A stretch of 64,000 nt of DNA from Deferribacterales bacterium (GTDB taxonomy: Bacteria > Chrysiogenota > Deferribacteres > Deferribacterales > Geovibrionaceae). The stretch lies in NCBI GenBank assembly GCA_050253335.1, contig JBFWJG010000001.1, positions 46,153 to 110,152 of the forward strand, written 5' to 3'. Under the pieces are notes generated by a model, which was not told the DNA's origin, searched no databases, and saw only the letters and a list, made by a program, of their open reading frames with translations. This document shows, piece by piece, positions 51,706 to 62,079 of the stretch. Made by a program: the position numbers and the translations under genes. Each line of letters begins with the position of its first letter. Within the stretch, counting starts at the first letter, position 1.

Positions 51706-52377
51706 TTAGTGTGCTTCTTCAAGTGCACCACTGATATAGATCATAGAAAGCATCATGAACACATATGCCTGAAGGGCGCCTGTGAACATGCCGAGCATAA
51801 CCATGGGCAGAGGTATAAGGAAGGGTACGAGCATGAAAAGAATAACTATAACAAGCTCCTCACCGAACACGTTACCGAAAAGCCTCATGGAGAGGGACAT
51901 GGGTCTTGCCAGGTGACCGATGACCTCGATAATGAACATAAGGGGGGCAAGGAAAGCCACGGGCCCGAGGAAATGCTTGATGTAGTGTGCGCCGTGTTTT
52001 TTAATTCCTATTGCCTGATAAGTGAAGAACACCACCAGAGCGGGTGCTATGGTTGAGTTCAGGTTGGATGTGGGTGCGAGAAAACCCGGGATAAGCCCCA
52101 TCCAGTTTGAGAAGAGTACATAAACGCCTATACCGAAAATGAGGGGTATGTAGGGTTTGCCTTCTTCGCCCATGAGTTCAACGCCCATGTTGTAAACAGC
52201 GCCTACAGCCATCTCGAAAGCGCCCTGTGCTCTGCCGGGGATTTCGCTGCCCTGTCTGGAGGCTATGCTTCCGAGGAAAAGGGTGAACAGCATTACAAGG
52301 AAAGTCATCATGACATGCCAGTATGTGTGCCCGATGTCCGCGGGAAAAAGCATGGAAATATTAAGCGGGTGTTCCAT
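51706..52377 (-). CDS. atpB: ATP synthase Fo subunit a
   Basis: PTSNLN, RPMSLSMRLFGN, LQAYVFMMLS. Confidence 0.96.
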   Translation of the reverse strand: MEHPLNISMLFPADIGHTYWHVMMTFLVMLFTLFLGSIASRQGSEIPGRAQGAFEMAVGAVYNMGVELMGEEGKPYIPLIFGIGVYVLFSNWMGLIPGFLAPTSNLNSTIAPALVVFFTYQAIGIKKHGAHYIKHFLGPVAFLAPLMFIIEVIGHLARPMSLSMRLFGNVFGEELVIVILFMLVPFLIPLPMVMLGMFTGALQAYVFMMLSMIYISGALEEAH

Positions 52378-52427
52378 CTTTAAATTCTCCGTAAAAACAA
52401 TTTAAAACTTTTCAGGTCAGGCGAAAG

Positions 52428-52814
52428 TCAAGCCGACCCTCCGCATCCGTCTGATGTGTCATCATTTTCGGAGCGGTAGTGGTGTACTGCGGCCGGAAGT
52501 ATACTAAGGGGTACGACAGAGATCCCTACGAGTATGCCTATCAGGCTGACATGAAGATATTCATAAGCGGCCCAGACGGCGGCTCCGGTTCCCACCAGCC
52601 TTATCTGAGAGTTAAAGGCCAGTGCGCCGAAAATCTTACCTTCAAATGCGCTTTTTATCTTCCTTGAAAGCATGAAAAAGTTCAGCACGGCAATTATATA
52701 ACCGCACAGAACTCCAGCCGTGAAGCTTTTATTAAAAAAGATCGTGCATACTGTATACAAGATAGCGAAAAAGATCAATGAAAGAATGAAGATTTTATTT
52801 GTTATCTTCATCAA
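52428..52814 (-). CDS. atpI: ATP synthase protein I
   Basis: 4-TM protein immediately upstream of atpB. Confidence 0.75.
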   Translation of the reverse strand: MMKITNKIFILSLIFFAILYTVCTIFFNKSFTAGVLCGYIIAVLNFFMLSRKIKSAFEGKIFGALAFNSQIRLVGTGAAVWAAYEYLHVSLIGILVGISVVPLSILPAAVHHYRSENDDTSDGCGGSA

Positions 52815-53049
52815 AAACGCCGGCTTTTTTCATAAAATAAATCATGTTTTTAAATCCCGCGGCAATTCCGAAGAGCATGAAAATAAAGGTGAGTATCGGC
52901 TTGGTTCCGAAAAAACCGTCCAGCCACCAGCCCATGCCGGTTCCGATCAGTATGCTGAACACGAATGACATGCCAATTGAGCTGGCGTGCATTAGTTTGT
53001 CGGCTTTTTTGAGCTTTGATTCCGGTTTGTCTTTTTCTTCATTATTCAT
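52795..53049 (-). CDS. atpZ: AtpZ/AtpI family protein
   Basis: IG..MGWWLDGFFGTKP..LFGIAAGFKN. Confidence 0.85.
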   Translation of the reverse strand: MNNEEKDKPESKLKKADKLMHASSIGMSFVFSILIGTGMGWWLDGFFGTKPILTFIFMLFGIAAGFKNMIYFMKKAGVFDEDNK

Positions 53050-53159
53050 ACTGCTCTCCGTGAGAAACGGACATTAGCACGGCATATTTATTTTCTCAAG
53101 AAATTATGGCACGAAAACACCTTTATATGCTATAAATGTTGCTTCCAAGAGGTTCCCCT

Positions 53160-54854
53160 ATGAAACTTACCCCGAACGAACTGGCTGTTATGTTCCTCTC
53201 ACTGGGAATCCTGCTCTTCACCTCCAAGCTGTTCGGTGAAATAGCGAAAAAGTACGGCCAGCCGTCCGTTCTGGGCGAGATCCTCGCGGGGATAATTCTG
53301 GGACCTACAGTTCTGGGATTTTTCGCTCCCGGAGTCACCGATTTCCTTTTCCCGTCCGAAGGCATAAGAAAAGCTGTCATGGACAGCATCGCCACCATAT
53401 CCATCGTCCTTTTTCTTCTTGTGGCGGGCATGGAAGCGGATATCGGCACAATCCGCAAGCAGGGCAGGCTTGTTTTCAACATAGGCATATCAGGCATAAT
53501 TTTCCCCTTTGCTGTCGGGTTTGCGGTCACTTATTTCATGCCCGGCCTGTTCGGGATGGACGAGGGGCAGGAAACTCTGATTTTTGCGCTGTTTGTCGCC
53601 ACGGCTCTTGCTATCTCCGCACTGCCTGTTATCGCCAAGACGCTTATGGATCTGAATTATTATAAGAGCGAACTCGGGATGGTGATCGTCGCTTCCGCTA
53701 TTTTTAATGATATAGTGGGCTGGATGATGTTTGCCGCTGTTCTGAGTCTGGCGGGGAACGGGGATGCTCAGCACATGCCGCTGTATGTCACGCTTGGTCT
53801 GACGATCCTCTTCACTGTTTTCATGATAACAGTTATGCGGAGGGTCATCCACCGCATTCTCCCATGGGTTCAGGCGAATTTCAGCTGGCCTGAGGGGATT
53901 CTGGCGTTTTCCCTTGCGCTCACCATGATAGGGGCGGCCGCTACGGAGATGATAGGCATTCACGCAATCTTCGGGGCATTCCTTGTGGGGCTTGCTCTAG
54001 GGGACACTCACCATTTCAGGGAGAAAACCAGAACAATCATCGAGCAGTTCGTTTCCGCTTTTTTCGCTCCGCTTTTCTTCGCCAGCATAGGTCTGAACGT
54101 GAACTTCATCGCCAATTTTGATTTTATGGTTGTGGCCATTTTCCTTGTAATAGGAACAATCGGCAAGGTGGCCGGATGCAGCGCCGCCGCTGTTTTTTCG
54201 GGAATGAAGCAGAGAGAGGCGCTTGCTGTGGGCTTTGCCATGAACGCAAGGGGCGCCATGGAGATAATTCTGGGTCTTGTGGCGCTGAATTTCGGGCTGA
54301 TAAACGAGAAGGTTTTTGTCGCTCTGGTTGTTCTTGCCATAGTAACTTCGGTTATGAGCGGCCCTGCGATAAAAATGCTTCTGAAACTGAAGAAAAGCTT
54401 CAATTTCAGGGACTATCTGGAGCCTAGGGCATTTGTCCTGATGAATAACTCCGTGGACAAATACAAGGCTATCGAAACCCTGTGCGCGCCTCTTGCCGCC
54501 GTCACGGGAATCCGCTATGACACCATAAGGGCGGCGGTCATGGACAGGGAGAGCATTATGCCAACAGGACTCAAAAACGGCATAGCTATACCGCACGCAA
54601 GGCTGAAGGAACTGAAAAAGCCTGTGATAGCGGCGGGAATCGCGTCCCACGGGATAGATTTCGGCGCGACGGACGGCAGTCCCGCCCACTGTGTTTTTCT
54701 CATTCTCACCCCTGCGGAGGACAACATGGCTCAGCTTGAGATACTCTCCGGCATAGCAAGAACATTCAAGGAACAGGAATTTGACTCCAGAACGGTGAGG
54801 CCGAACAACTTCACCGAATTTATCTCTATGATTATAAGCAGCGGCGGGGCATAA
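53160..54854 (+). CDS. CPA2 cation:proton antiporter fused to a PTS EIIA-like domain
   Basis: QPSVLGEILAGIILGP, ISALPV, MNARGAME; C-terminal RE..MPTG..GIAIPHAR. Confidence 0.88.
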   Translation: MKLTPNELAVMFLSLGILLFTSKLFGEIAKKYGQPSVLGEILAGIILGPTVLGFFAPGVTDFLFPSEGIRKAVMDSIATISIVLFLLVAGMEADIGTIRKQGRLVFNIGISGIIFPFAVGFAVTYFMPGLFGMDEGQETLIFALFVATALAISALPVIAKTLMDLNYYKSELGMVIVASAIFNDIVGWMMFAAVLSLAGNGDAQHMPLYVTLGLTILFTVFMITVMRRVIHRILPWVQANFSWPEGILAFSLALTMIGAAATEMIGIHAIFGAFLVGLALGDTHHFREKTRTIIEQFVSAFFAPLFFASIGLNVNFIANFDFMVVAIFLVIGTIGKVAGCSAAAVFSGMKQREALAVGFAMNARGAMEIILGLVALNFGLINEKVFVALVVLAIVTSVMSGPAIKMLLKLKKSFNFRDYLEPRAFVLMNNSVDKYKAIETLCAPLAAVTGIRYDTIRAAVMDRESIMPTGLKNGIAIPHARLKELKKPVIAAGIASHGIDFGATDGSPAHCVFLILTPAEDNMAQLEILSGIARTFKEQEFDSRTVRPNNFTEFISMIISSGGA

Positions 54855-54930
54855 GAAAAGGAGCCAAAAGGCTCAGCAGTTTGCTGACAAAGTCTTTTTG
54901 GAAGTAAAAAGCCTGTATTTGCATAAATCC

Positions 54931-55017
54931 ACCCCAGCCCTCCTTTATGAAAGGAGGGCGTTTTGCTTTTAGCAACAATGGCTTCCACCTTTGCAAAGGG
55001 GGACAGGAGGGGGATTT
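54931..55017. repeat. REP-like CCCTCCTTT/AAAGGAGGG palindrome pair
   Basis: Same family as 10243-10332; lies between convergent genes. Confidence 0.65.
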
Positions 55018-55086
55018 TATAGATATGAACAAGTCAGCTACTGTGTTTGTTACCAGTCTGAGGAGCCCGAAGGCTCCTCTTTTTTT

Positions 55087-56355
55087 TTATCCTATCTCTT
55101 TCAAGCTGTCGTAATGGGCGGCGATTGTTTTCTCCAGATCCTCTTCCGTGTGCGCGGCGGAGACAAACATGCACTCAAACTGCGCAGGAGCGAGGTTCAC
55201 GCCTCTTTTCAGCATTGCGTGGAAGAAAGCGGCATATTTTTTGGTGTCAGACTTGACCGCCTGAGCGAATGATTTTACCTCGCCGTCCGTGAAGAACAGA
55301 CAGCCGAGAGATTCAACGCTGTTGAAGGCGTATTTGAGGCCGAGTTTTCCGCAGTTTTCCCTGAAGCCGTCCCAGAGTATGTCTGATTTTGCTTTCAGTG
55401 CCTCATAGAAGCCGGGCTGATTGAGCTTTTTCAGCGTGGCAAGCCCTGCCGCCGTGGCGAGGGGGTTTCCTGACAGTGTGCCCGCCTGATAGACAGCGCC
55501 CACGGGGGAAATCTGCTCCATTATCTCTTTTCTGGCACCGTATGCGCCCACAGGGAGACCGCCGCCTATTATTTTACCCATAGTGGTGAGATCGGGCGTT
55601 ACGTTGTAATACTTCTGTGCGCCGCCCGCGCTCATGCGGAAGCCTGTGATGACCTCGTCAAAAAGAAGGAGAGCGCCTTCCTCCGCGCAGAGGTTTTTGA
55701 GGCTTTCAAGGAAGCCTTTTTCGGGGAGAACAAGCCCCATGTTTCCTGCCGCAGGTTCAACGAGAACGCAGGCTATCTTATCTTTATTTTCTTTGAAAAG
55801 CGCTCTCACGCTGTCAATGTCGTTGTACTGGGCTATGAGGGTGTGTTTGGCGAAATCGGCGGGGACGCCGGGGCTTGAGGGCTGGTTGAAGGTAAGAAGC
55901 CCGCTTCCCGCCTTAACCAGAAGGCTGTCGGAGTGGCCGTGGTAGCATCCCTCAAACTTGACTATGGTGTCTCTCTTCGTGTATGCCCTTGCAAGGCGGA
56001 TTGCGCTCATCAGGGCTTCCGTGCCGGAGCTCACAAGGCGCACCATCTCAACGGAGGGAACCATCTCTGTTATGAGCTTGGTCATGTTCAGTTCGTTTAC
56101 TGTGGGCGCGCCGAAGCTTGCGCCTTTTTCTGCGGCATCCTTGATGGCTTTGAGAACGTCCTCGTCGGTGTGGCCGAGGATCATGGGACCCCATGAGCAC
56201 ACGTAATCTATATATTCCTTGCCGTTAACGTCATATATTTTGGAGCCCTTCGCCCTGTCCACAAAAACGGGCTCTCCGCCTACTGAGCCGAAGGCTCTTA
56301 CGGGGCTGTTGACGCCGCCGGGCATGTATTTGCAAGATTCCTGAAAATAATTCAT
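55087..56355 (-). CDS. hemL: glutamate-1-semialdehyde 2,1-aminomutase (start reassigned to 56355)
   Basis: PGGVNSPVRAF, SGTEA, FEGCYHGH, GKIIGGGLP; GGAGG RBS. Confidence 0.97.
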   Translation of the reverse strand: MNYFQESCKYMPGGVNSPVRAFGSVGGEPVFVDRAKGSKIYDVNGKEYIDYVCSWGPMILGHTDEDVLKAIKDAAEKGASFGAPTVNELNMTKLITEMVPSVEMVRLVSSGTEALMSAIRLARAYTKRDTIVKFEGCYHGHSDSLLVKAGSGLLTFNQPSSPGVPADFAKHTLIAQYNDIDSVRALFKENKDKIACVLVEPAAGNMGLVLPEKGFLESLKNLCAEEGALLLFDEVITGFRMSAGGAQKYYNVTPDLTTMGKIIGGGLPVGAYGARKEIMEQISPVGAVYQAGTLSGNPLATAAGLATLKKLNQPGFYEALKAKSDILWDGFRENCGKLGLKYAFNSVESLGCLFFTDGEVKSFAQAVKSDTKKYAAFFHAMLKRGVNLAPAQFECMFVSAAHTEEDLEKTIAAHYDSLKEIG

Positions 56356-56490
56356 CGCATCCTCCGAAAAAATGAATTCTCTGGCTGAATCATAATAGAA
56401 ATAAGCCAAAGGTACAAGAGAATATGCCCGCATATCTGCGGGGGTTTTGTGCAATTTATCTGTTTCTTAAAACTTATATTATGATAATAT

Positions 56491-57555
56491 ATGCCTATGA
56501 ATATAGCATTTATTAACTTCAACAAAAGATGGGCAGGGGTAAAAACCTGGACGGTGGATTACGGGCGGGAGCTTGTGAAGCTCGGGCACAGGGTTGTCAT
56601 GGTTATCCGCAAGGGAACCGGCCACAGGGATATTTACGAATCCGCAGGCTTTACTGTTTATGAAATGCGCGCGGGGATGAAATACAACCCGTCCACCATC
56701 TATAAACTGTCCAAAATACTTATTAAAAACGATATTGATATCTCTGTCGTTAATATTTCCAAGGATCTCAACATCGGCGCGACAGCCTCGAAGCTTTCGG
56801 GCATTCCGGTCATCCACCGCGTCGGCCTTATAAATGACATAAAAAACAGGTTTGAGGACAGGGCTCTGCATAAAACGATAGTGGACGCAGTCATTGTGCC
56901 CAGCCATTTTCTGAAGCATGAACTGGCGGAAATAAGCTGGTTTGATGTTGACAGGGTTCATGTTATCTCAAACAGCAAAATAGCCGCGAACTATCCTGTT
57001 CCCCAGAGACGCAGCGAAGGACGGACATTCGGAATAACAAGCAGGCTTGATGCCTCAAAGGGGCACGACCTTCTTCTGGAGGCTTTCAGCAAAGTGCTGA
57101 AGGAAATTCCCGATGCGAAGCTTCATATCGCCGGAACAGGGAAAAAGGAAGGCAGTATAAGGGAGCTGATAAAAGCTCTGGGCATTGAGAACAGCGTGAA
57201 GCTTTACGGATTTATAAAGGATATCCCCGCTTTTCTTGCAGAGCTTGATATTTATGTTCTCACCAGTCTTGAGGAAAGCTTCGGCAATACTGTTCTGGAG
57301 GCTATGTTCGCCGCGCTGCCGGTAGTTTCCTTTGAAACCGGCGGTGTGCCTGAGGTTTTAGGGGGAACAGGGATTCTTACTCCAGTGGGTGATACTGATG
57401 CTCTGGCGGAGAAGATGATTCTCGCCGCCCGGGACGCCTCGCTCCGCACTGAGAAAGGCGAAGCGGCGAGAAAGCGTGCCGAAGAGGTTTATGATCTTGA
57501 AAAAAACACCCACAGGCTCATAGAGCTTTTTGAGCAGGTTATCAGCTCTCAGTAA
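56491..57555 (+). CDS. GT4 family glycosyltransferase
   Basis: SRL..SKG, ESFGNTVLEAM, GGVPEV. Confidence 0.9.
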   Translation: MPMNIAFINFNKRWAGVKTWTVDYGRELVKLGHRVVMVIRKGTGHRDIYESAGFTVYEMRAGMKYNPSTIYKLSKILIKNDIDISVVNISKDLNIGATASKLSGIPVIHRVGLINDIKNRFEDRALHKTIVDAVIVPSHFLKHELAEISWFDVDRVHVISNSKIAANYPVPQRRSEGRTFGITSRLDASKGHDLLLEAFSKVLKEIPDAKLHIAGTGKKEGSIRELIKALGIENSVKLYGFIKDIPAFLAELDIYVLTSLEESFGNTVLEAMFAALPVVSFETGGVPEVLGGTGILTPVGDTDALAEKMILAARDASLRTEKGEAARKRAEEVYDLEKNTHRLIELFEQVISSQ

Positions 57556-59266
57556 ACTGCATGTTGTAGAGTCTGGTATATATCTCCGATCTTCCTATGA
57601 GGTCGTCATGCCTGCCGATGGATTCTATTTTTCCCTTATCCATGACAACAATCATATCCGCGCTTAATATGGTGGAGAGCCTGTGTGCTATTACAAAGCT
57701 TGTGCGCCCCTTCATAAGGTTCGCAAGCGCCTGCTGAACTATGCGCTCGGATTCGGTGTCCAGAGAGCTTGTGGCTTCATCCAGAATGAGGATTGGCGGG
57801 TTTATGAGAAGCGCCCTTGCTATCGTGAGTCTCTGCCTCTGACCGCCTGAGAGCCTGTCGCCCCGTTCGCCTATCATGGTTTCAAAACCTTCGGGAAGCT
57901 TCATTATAAAATCAGTGGCATAAGCGGAATCCGCCGCCGCTTTTATTGACTCGTCCGTCACGTCGGATGCGCCGTAGGCGATGTTGTTCTTTATGGTGTC
58001 ATTAAAAAGATAGGGCTCCTGAGAGACAATGCCTATGTTGCGCCTGAGGGAATAAACATCAAATTCGCGCACATCTGTGCCGCCGATGGTGAGGCTTCCT
58101 CCTGTTACATCGTAAAATCTGGGTATAAGGCTGACTATGGTGGTCTTGCCCGCCCCGCTGGAGCCCACGAATGCCACTGTCTGCCCGGGTTTTACGCTGA
58201 GGCTGAAATCGTTGATCACCTTTTCCGTGTGCCCTCTGTAGCTGAAAACAACATTTCTGAACTCGATGTCTTTGCCTACCGCGCTGCACTCCTTGGTTCC
58301 GTTGTTGTCCAGTATTTCATTGTCCATGTCCATTATGTCAAAAAAACGTTCGGCCGCTGTTATGGAGTTCTGTATGGTGTAGTTTTCCTGATTGATTTTC
58401 TTAAAGGGCTCAAACATCATGGCGAATGCCGCAATGAAGGAGAAGAATGTGCCGGGGGTTGATTCCCCGCTGATTACCTTTGAGCCGCCGTAGTAAATTA
58501 TGACGGCAAGCGCCAGCCCCGATATAATATCCATGAGCGGCGAGCCGATGGCGGCGACTTTGGCTCTTTTTATCTGATAGCGGGTTTCGTGATCGTTTTC
58601 CTTAGCGAACTTGCCGGACTCAAACTTCTCCATGACAAAAGCTTTTACAACCTTTATCCCTGAGAAGGATTCCTGAAGCACTCCGGCGAGAGTTCCCATT
58701 TTTTCGTGCCCTTTGGAGCTGTATTTCTTGGTTTTTCTGCTTGTTTTTCTGATCAGGATCATCATGAAGGGGATGGCGGCGAGGCCATATATCCCCAGTT
58801 CTATGTCCTGATAAAATACTATGCCTATGAGGAAAACAACGGTGAAGCTGTCCTTCATCACGTTTATCAGAGACGGGATTGCTGATTTCACCTGGTTTAT
58901 GTCGTTGACTATTCTGGACATCATGTCCCCTGTGCTGTTGTTGTCGTAATAGCTCATGGGGAGGCGGATCATTTTTGCATAGAGATCATAGCGCATCTCC
59001 TGCACGACTTTGAGGCCTATTTTCCTCAGCAGATAAAGCTGAAGAAAACGGAAAACACCCCTTATCAGAAATATGGCGGAAACCGCCACAGGGATGACAA
59101 CAAGCATTTCACTGTTCCGGTTTATGAAAATATCGTCCAGAACATGCTTGAGAATATATGCGGAAGCGCCGTCCGTTCCTGCCACGAAAAGCGAGGAAAC
59201 AACAGCGAGGGAGAGCAGGAAGAGATGTTTTCTGAAATATGCCCAGATTTTTTTAATAATATTCAT
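57542..59266 (-). CDS. msbA: MsbA-like ABC transporter (TMD plus NBD)
   Basis: GSSGAGKTT, LSGGQRQR, ILDEATSSLD, IAHRLST. Confidence 0.85.
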   Translation of the reverse strand: MNIIKKIWAYFRKHLFLLSLAVVSSLFVAGTDGASAYILKHVLDDIFINRNSEMLVVIPVAVSAIFLIRGVFRFLQLYLLRKIGLKVVQEMRYDLYAKMIRLPMSYYDNNSTGDMMSRIVNDINQVKSAIPSLINVMKDSFTVVFLIGIVFYQDIELGIYGLAAIPFMMILIRKTSRKTKKYSSKGHEKMGTLAGVLQESFSGIKVVKAFVMEKFESGKFAKENDHETRYQIKRAKVAAIGSPLMDIISGLALAVIIYYGGSKVISGESTPGTFFSFIAAFAMMFEPFKKINQENYTIQNSITAAERFFDIMDMDNEILDNNGTKECSAVGKDIEFRNVVFSYRGHTEKVINDFSLSVKPGQTVAFVGSSGAGKTTIVSLIPRFYDVTGGSLTIGGTDVREFDVYSLRRNIGIVSQEPYLFNDTIKNNIAYGASDVTDESIKAAADSAYATDFIMKLPEGFETMIGERGDRLSGGQRQRLTIARALLINPPILILDEATSSLDTESERIVQQALANLMKGRTSFVIAHRLSTILSADMIVVMDKGKIESIGRHDDLIGRSEIYTRLYNMQFTES

Positions 59267-59383
59267 AACGCCTCTTAAAAGCGTCATAATAATAGGAAAC
59301 GGCATCAGCCGCAATGATATATTTTTAGGGGAAGGTTCAACCCCCTGTCGTCATTTGCCGGCAGGCAGGGGGCACTGTAAATG

Positions 59384-59776
59384 TTAGCGGCTGTGTCCGC
59401 AGCTGTGTCCGTGACCGTGGTCATGATCGGATGAGCAGGAAGCGGAGACCAGCTCTGTGAGCGCTCCTTTTCTGAAAGCTTCAAGATTTTCCTGCACAGT
59501 GCCGCTGACAGCCTGATAAACCTTTGTGCGGAGACTGTTGAGCTTGGATACGGCTCCCGCCCCTATGCCGCCGACCACAACAGCGTCGATGCTTTTTCCG
59601 GCGAGAGCAAGTGCGGGGTTGCATGCTCCGTGCACATGGTTCAGATCTGCGTTGTCAACCATGCTGACTGCGCCTGTTTCACTGTCTGCCACTATGAAAG
59701 CGGGAGCGGAACCGAAATGTCCGTACACTCTGCTTTCAAGCCCTTTGTCCTGTGAAATTGGGAAACAAATTTTCAT
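59384..59776 (-). CDS. NifB/NifX family (dinitrogenase Fe-Mo cofactor domain) protein with His-rich tail
   Basis: HFGSAPAF, VVVGGIGAGA, HDHGHGHSCGH. Confidence 0.85.
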   Translation of the reverse strand: MKICFPISQDKGLESRVYGHFGSAPAFIVADSETGAVSMVDNADLNHVHGACNPALALAGKSIDAVVVGGIGAGAVSKLNSLRTKVYQAVSGTVQENLEAFRKGALTELVSASCSSDHDHGHGHSCGHSR

Positions 59777-59929
59777 GCTCTTTACCTCCAATGGTTTAAA
59801 AGAGATGTTATGAGCATATGATAGTATCATCTGTGTAAAAAGAAAGTAAAAAATAAGAATTTACTTTAAAAAAGTTTATGTTTTTTATACTTTAGAAACT
59901 CACGACTATTAAACAAAGGCGGCAGAAGA

Positions 59930-60601
59930 TTGTTTTTCCCCATTAAGGACAACGTACCCTCAAGAACCTTTCCGTTTGTAAACTGGCTGATAATTCTTGC
60001 CAATATTGCTGTGTTTATCTATCAGCTGGGTCTGGGGTATGAGCTTAACTGGTTTGTCTATGAATACGGGCTTGTTCCAAAGAGGGTCACGCATTATGAG
60101 TCGATTCTGGGTGACAGCGTAATCCCTTTCTTCACCCATATGTTTATGCATGGCGGGTTCTTCCATATTTTCAGCAATATGTACATTCTCTTCATTTTCG
60201 GCGACAATGTGGAGGACAGGCTGGGTCATGCCAGATACCTTTTCATGTATATCCTCTTCGGGCTTTTTGCGGGTTTCAGCCAGTTTCTTCTTTCTTATGA
60301 ATCGCTTATCCCCATGGTCGGTGCAAGCGGCGCTGTGGCCGGCGTTATGGGCGCATACATGGTTTTTTATCCTAAGGCGAAGGTTAAGTCGCTTCTGATC
60401 ATAATTATTTTTATAACATTCGTGGATATCCCCGCCGTGTTTTATCTGCTGTTCTGGTTTTTCATTCAGTTCATGAACGGAGCGGTTTCAGTGGGATATG
60501 ACGGCGGAGGGGTCGCATGGTGGGCGCACGTGGGCGGTTTTATCATCGGCCTTCTTTACGCTGTGCGCTTTAAAAGCAGAGAACAGGAAGTTTATATATA
60601 A
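59930..60601 (+). CDS. rhomboid intramembrane serine protease
   Basis: MFMHGG..HI..NM..FG..VE, GASGAV, AWWAHVGGF. Confidence 0.92.
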   Translation: MFFPIKDNVPSRTFPFVNWLIILANIAVFIYQLGLGYELNWFVYEYGLVPKRVTHYESILGDSVIPFFTHMFMHGGFFHIFSNMYILFIFGDNVEDRLGHARYLFMYILFGLFAGFSQFLLSYESLIPMVGASGAVAGVMGAYMVFYPKAKVKSLLIIIIFITFVDIPAVFYLLFWFFIQFMNGAVSVGYDGGGVAWWAHVGGFIIGLLYAVRFKSREQEVYI

Positions 60602-60616
60602 ACAGGAGCAATATAT

Positions 60617-60856
60617 ATGTGTTTGGGTTTTCCCGGAAAACTTATTGAAATGGATGATTTCAAAGCCGTTGTGGATATTGACGGCACAACAAGAGAGGTT
60701 TCTCTCATGATGCTGCCCGATGAGGTGGTGCTGGGGGATTATGTTATGGTTCACGCAGGTTTCGCCATCGCCAAGATGGACCCGGAAGAGGCTTTGAAGA
60801 CCCTTGAGGCGCTGAGAGAGTTTGCTGATATGCTTGATGAGGAAGGTCAGCTGTGA
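60617..60856 (+). CDS. hypC: hydrogenase maturation chaperone
   Basis: MCLGFPG...GDYVMVHAGFAI. Confidence 0.95.
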   Translation: MCLGFPGKLIEMDDFKAVVDIDGTTREVSLMMLPDEVVLGDYVMVHAGFAIAKMDPEEALKTLEALREFADMLDEEGQL

Positions 60857-61938
60857 AATTCGTGAAAGACTTCCGCGACAGAGAGCTCGCGGAAAAACTG
60901 CTCACAGCCATAAACCGCGAGGCGGATTCATCCCGCGTTTACAGATTTATGGAAGTATGCGGCAGCCACACAATGGCGGTTTCCCGTTTCGGTCTGCGCA
61001 GCCTTCTTCCGAAAAATATAGAGCTTGTCTCGGGCCCCGGCTGTCCTGTGTGCGTAACCCCGCAGTGGGAGATAGACGCGATATTTGAAATAGCCTCAAG
61101 GGATGACGCAACCATTGTTACCTTCGGGGATATGATCCGCGTTCCCGGCAGCAGGGGCGAGAGCCTCCAGAAGCTCAGGGCGGACGGAGCGGACATCCGC
61201 ATAGTTTTTTCTCCGCTGGATACGCTGAAAATAGCGGAAGAAACAGGGAAAAACACAGTGTTCATCGGCATAGGCTTTGAAACCACAGCACCCACTGCGG
61301 CGGCTCTGGCGAAGACAGCCAAGGAACTGGGCAGAACGAATGTCTTTGTTGCGCCGTTCTGCAAGACAGTGCCGGAGGTTATGGATGTTCTCCTCGCGGA
61401 CGACACGCTTGAGATCGACGGCTTCCTCTGTCCCGGGCATGTTTCGGTGGTGACGGGGCTTGATATATACAACGCAGTGACGGCGCAGAAGAGAAGCGCG
61501 GTCGTCACAGGGTTTGAGCCCCTTGATATACTTTCATCCGTCCTTGAAATGGTGCGTCAGCACAACAGGGGAGAGTACGAGGTGAAAAACTTTTATACCA
61601 GAGCGGTTAAGAACGAGGGGAACACAAAGGCGCAGGCTCTTCTGAAAGAGGTTTTCTATCAGGCAGATACCGACTGGAGGGGTCTGGGACGGATTCCGAA
61701 AAGCGGTCTCCGCTTCAGGGACGAGTACAAATCCGCGGATGCGCTTGCGAAATTCGGCATAAGTGAAACCGGAGTGACCGATCTGAAAGGCTGTAAATGC
61801 GGGGATGTGCTTAAAGGAAAGATGAAGCCCTCCGCATGTCCGATGTTTGACAACGGCTGCACGCCACAGAACCCTTACGGTCCCTGCATGGTCTCTTCCG
61901 AGGGCTCATGCTCTGCGTATTACAAATACGAGAGATAG
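60853..61938 (+). CDS. hypD: hydrogenase maturation protein
   Basis: MEVCGSHT, GPGCPVC, GFETT, PGHVS, GPCMVSSEGSC. Confidence 0.96.
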   Translation: MKFVKDFRDRELAEKLLTAINREADSSRVYRFMEVCGSHTMAVSRFGLRSLLPKNIELVSGPGCPVCVTPQWEIDAIFEIASRDDATIVTFGDMIRVPGSRGESLQKLRADGADIRIVFSPLDTLKIAEETGKNTVFIGIGFETTAPTAAALAKTAKELGRTNVFVAPFCKTVPEVMDVLLADDTLEIDGFLCPGHVSVVTGLDIYNAVTAQKRSAVVTGFEPLDILSSVLEMVRQHNRGEYEVKNFYTRAVKNEGNTKAQALLKEVFYQADTDWRGLGRIPKSGLRFRDEYKSADALAKFGISETGVTDLKGCKCGDVLKGKMKPSACPMFDNGCTPQNPYGPCMVSSEGSCSAYYKYER

Positions 61939-61983
61939 AATTTTCTGATCCGTTTTAAGTGCAATAAAAAACACCCGTAATTC

Positions 61984-62052
61984 GTCATTCTGAGCGAAGC
62001 GAAGAATCTCAACCTGTTTCTGAGATTCTTCATCCTACGGATTCAGAATGAC
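61984..62052. repeat. REP-like inverted element
   Basis: gtcattctgagcgaagcgaagaatctc...gagattcttca...ttcagaatgac. Confidence 0.75.
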
Positions 62053-62079
62053 GCTTACGCAGAGTTACTTTGAGGAGCG

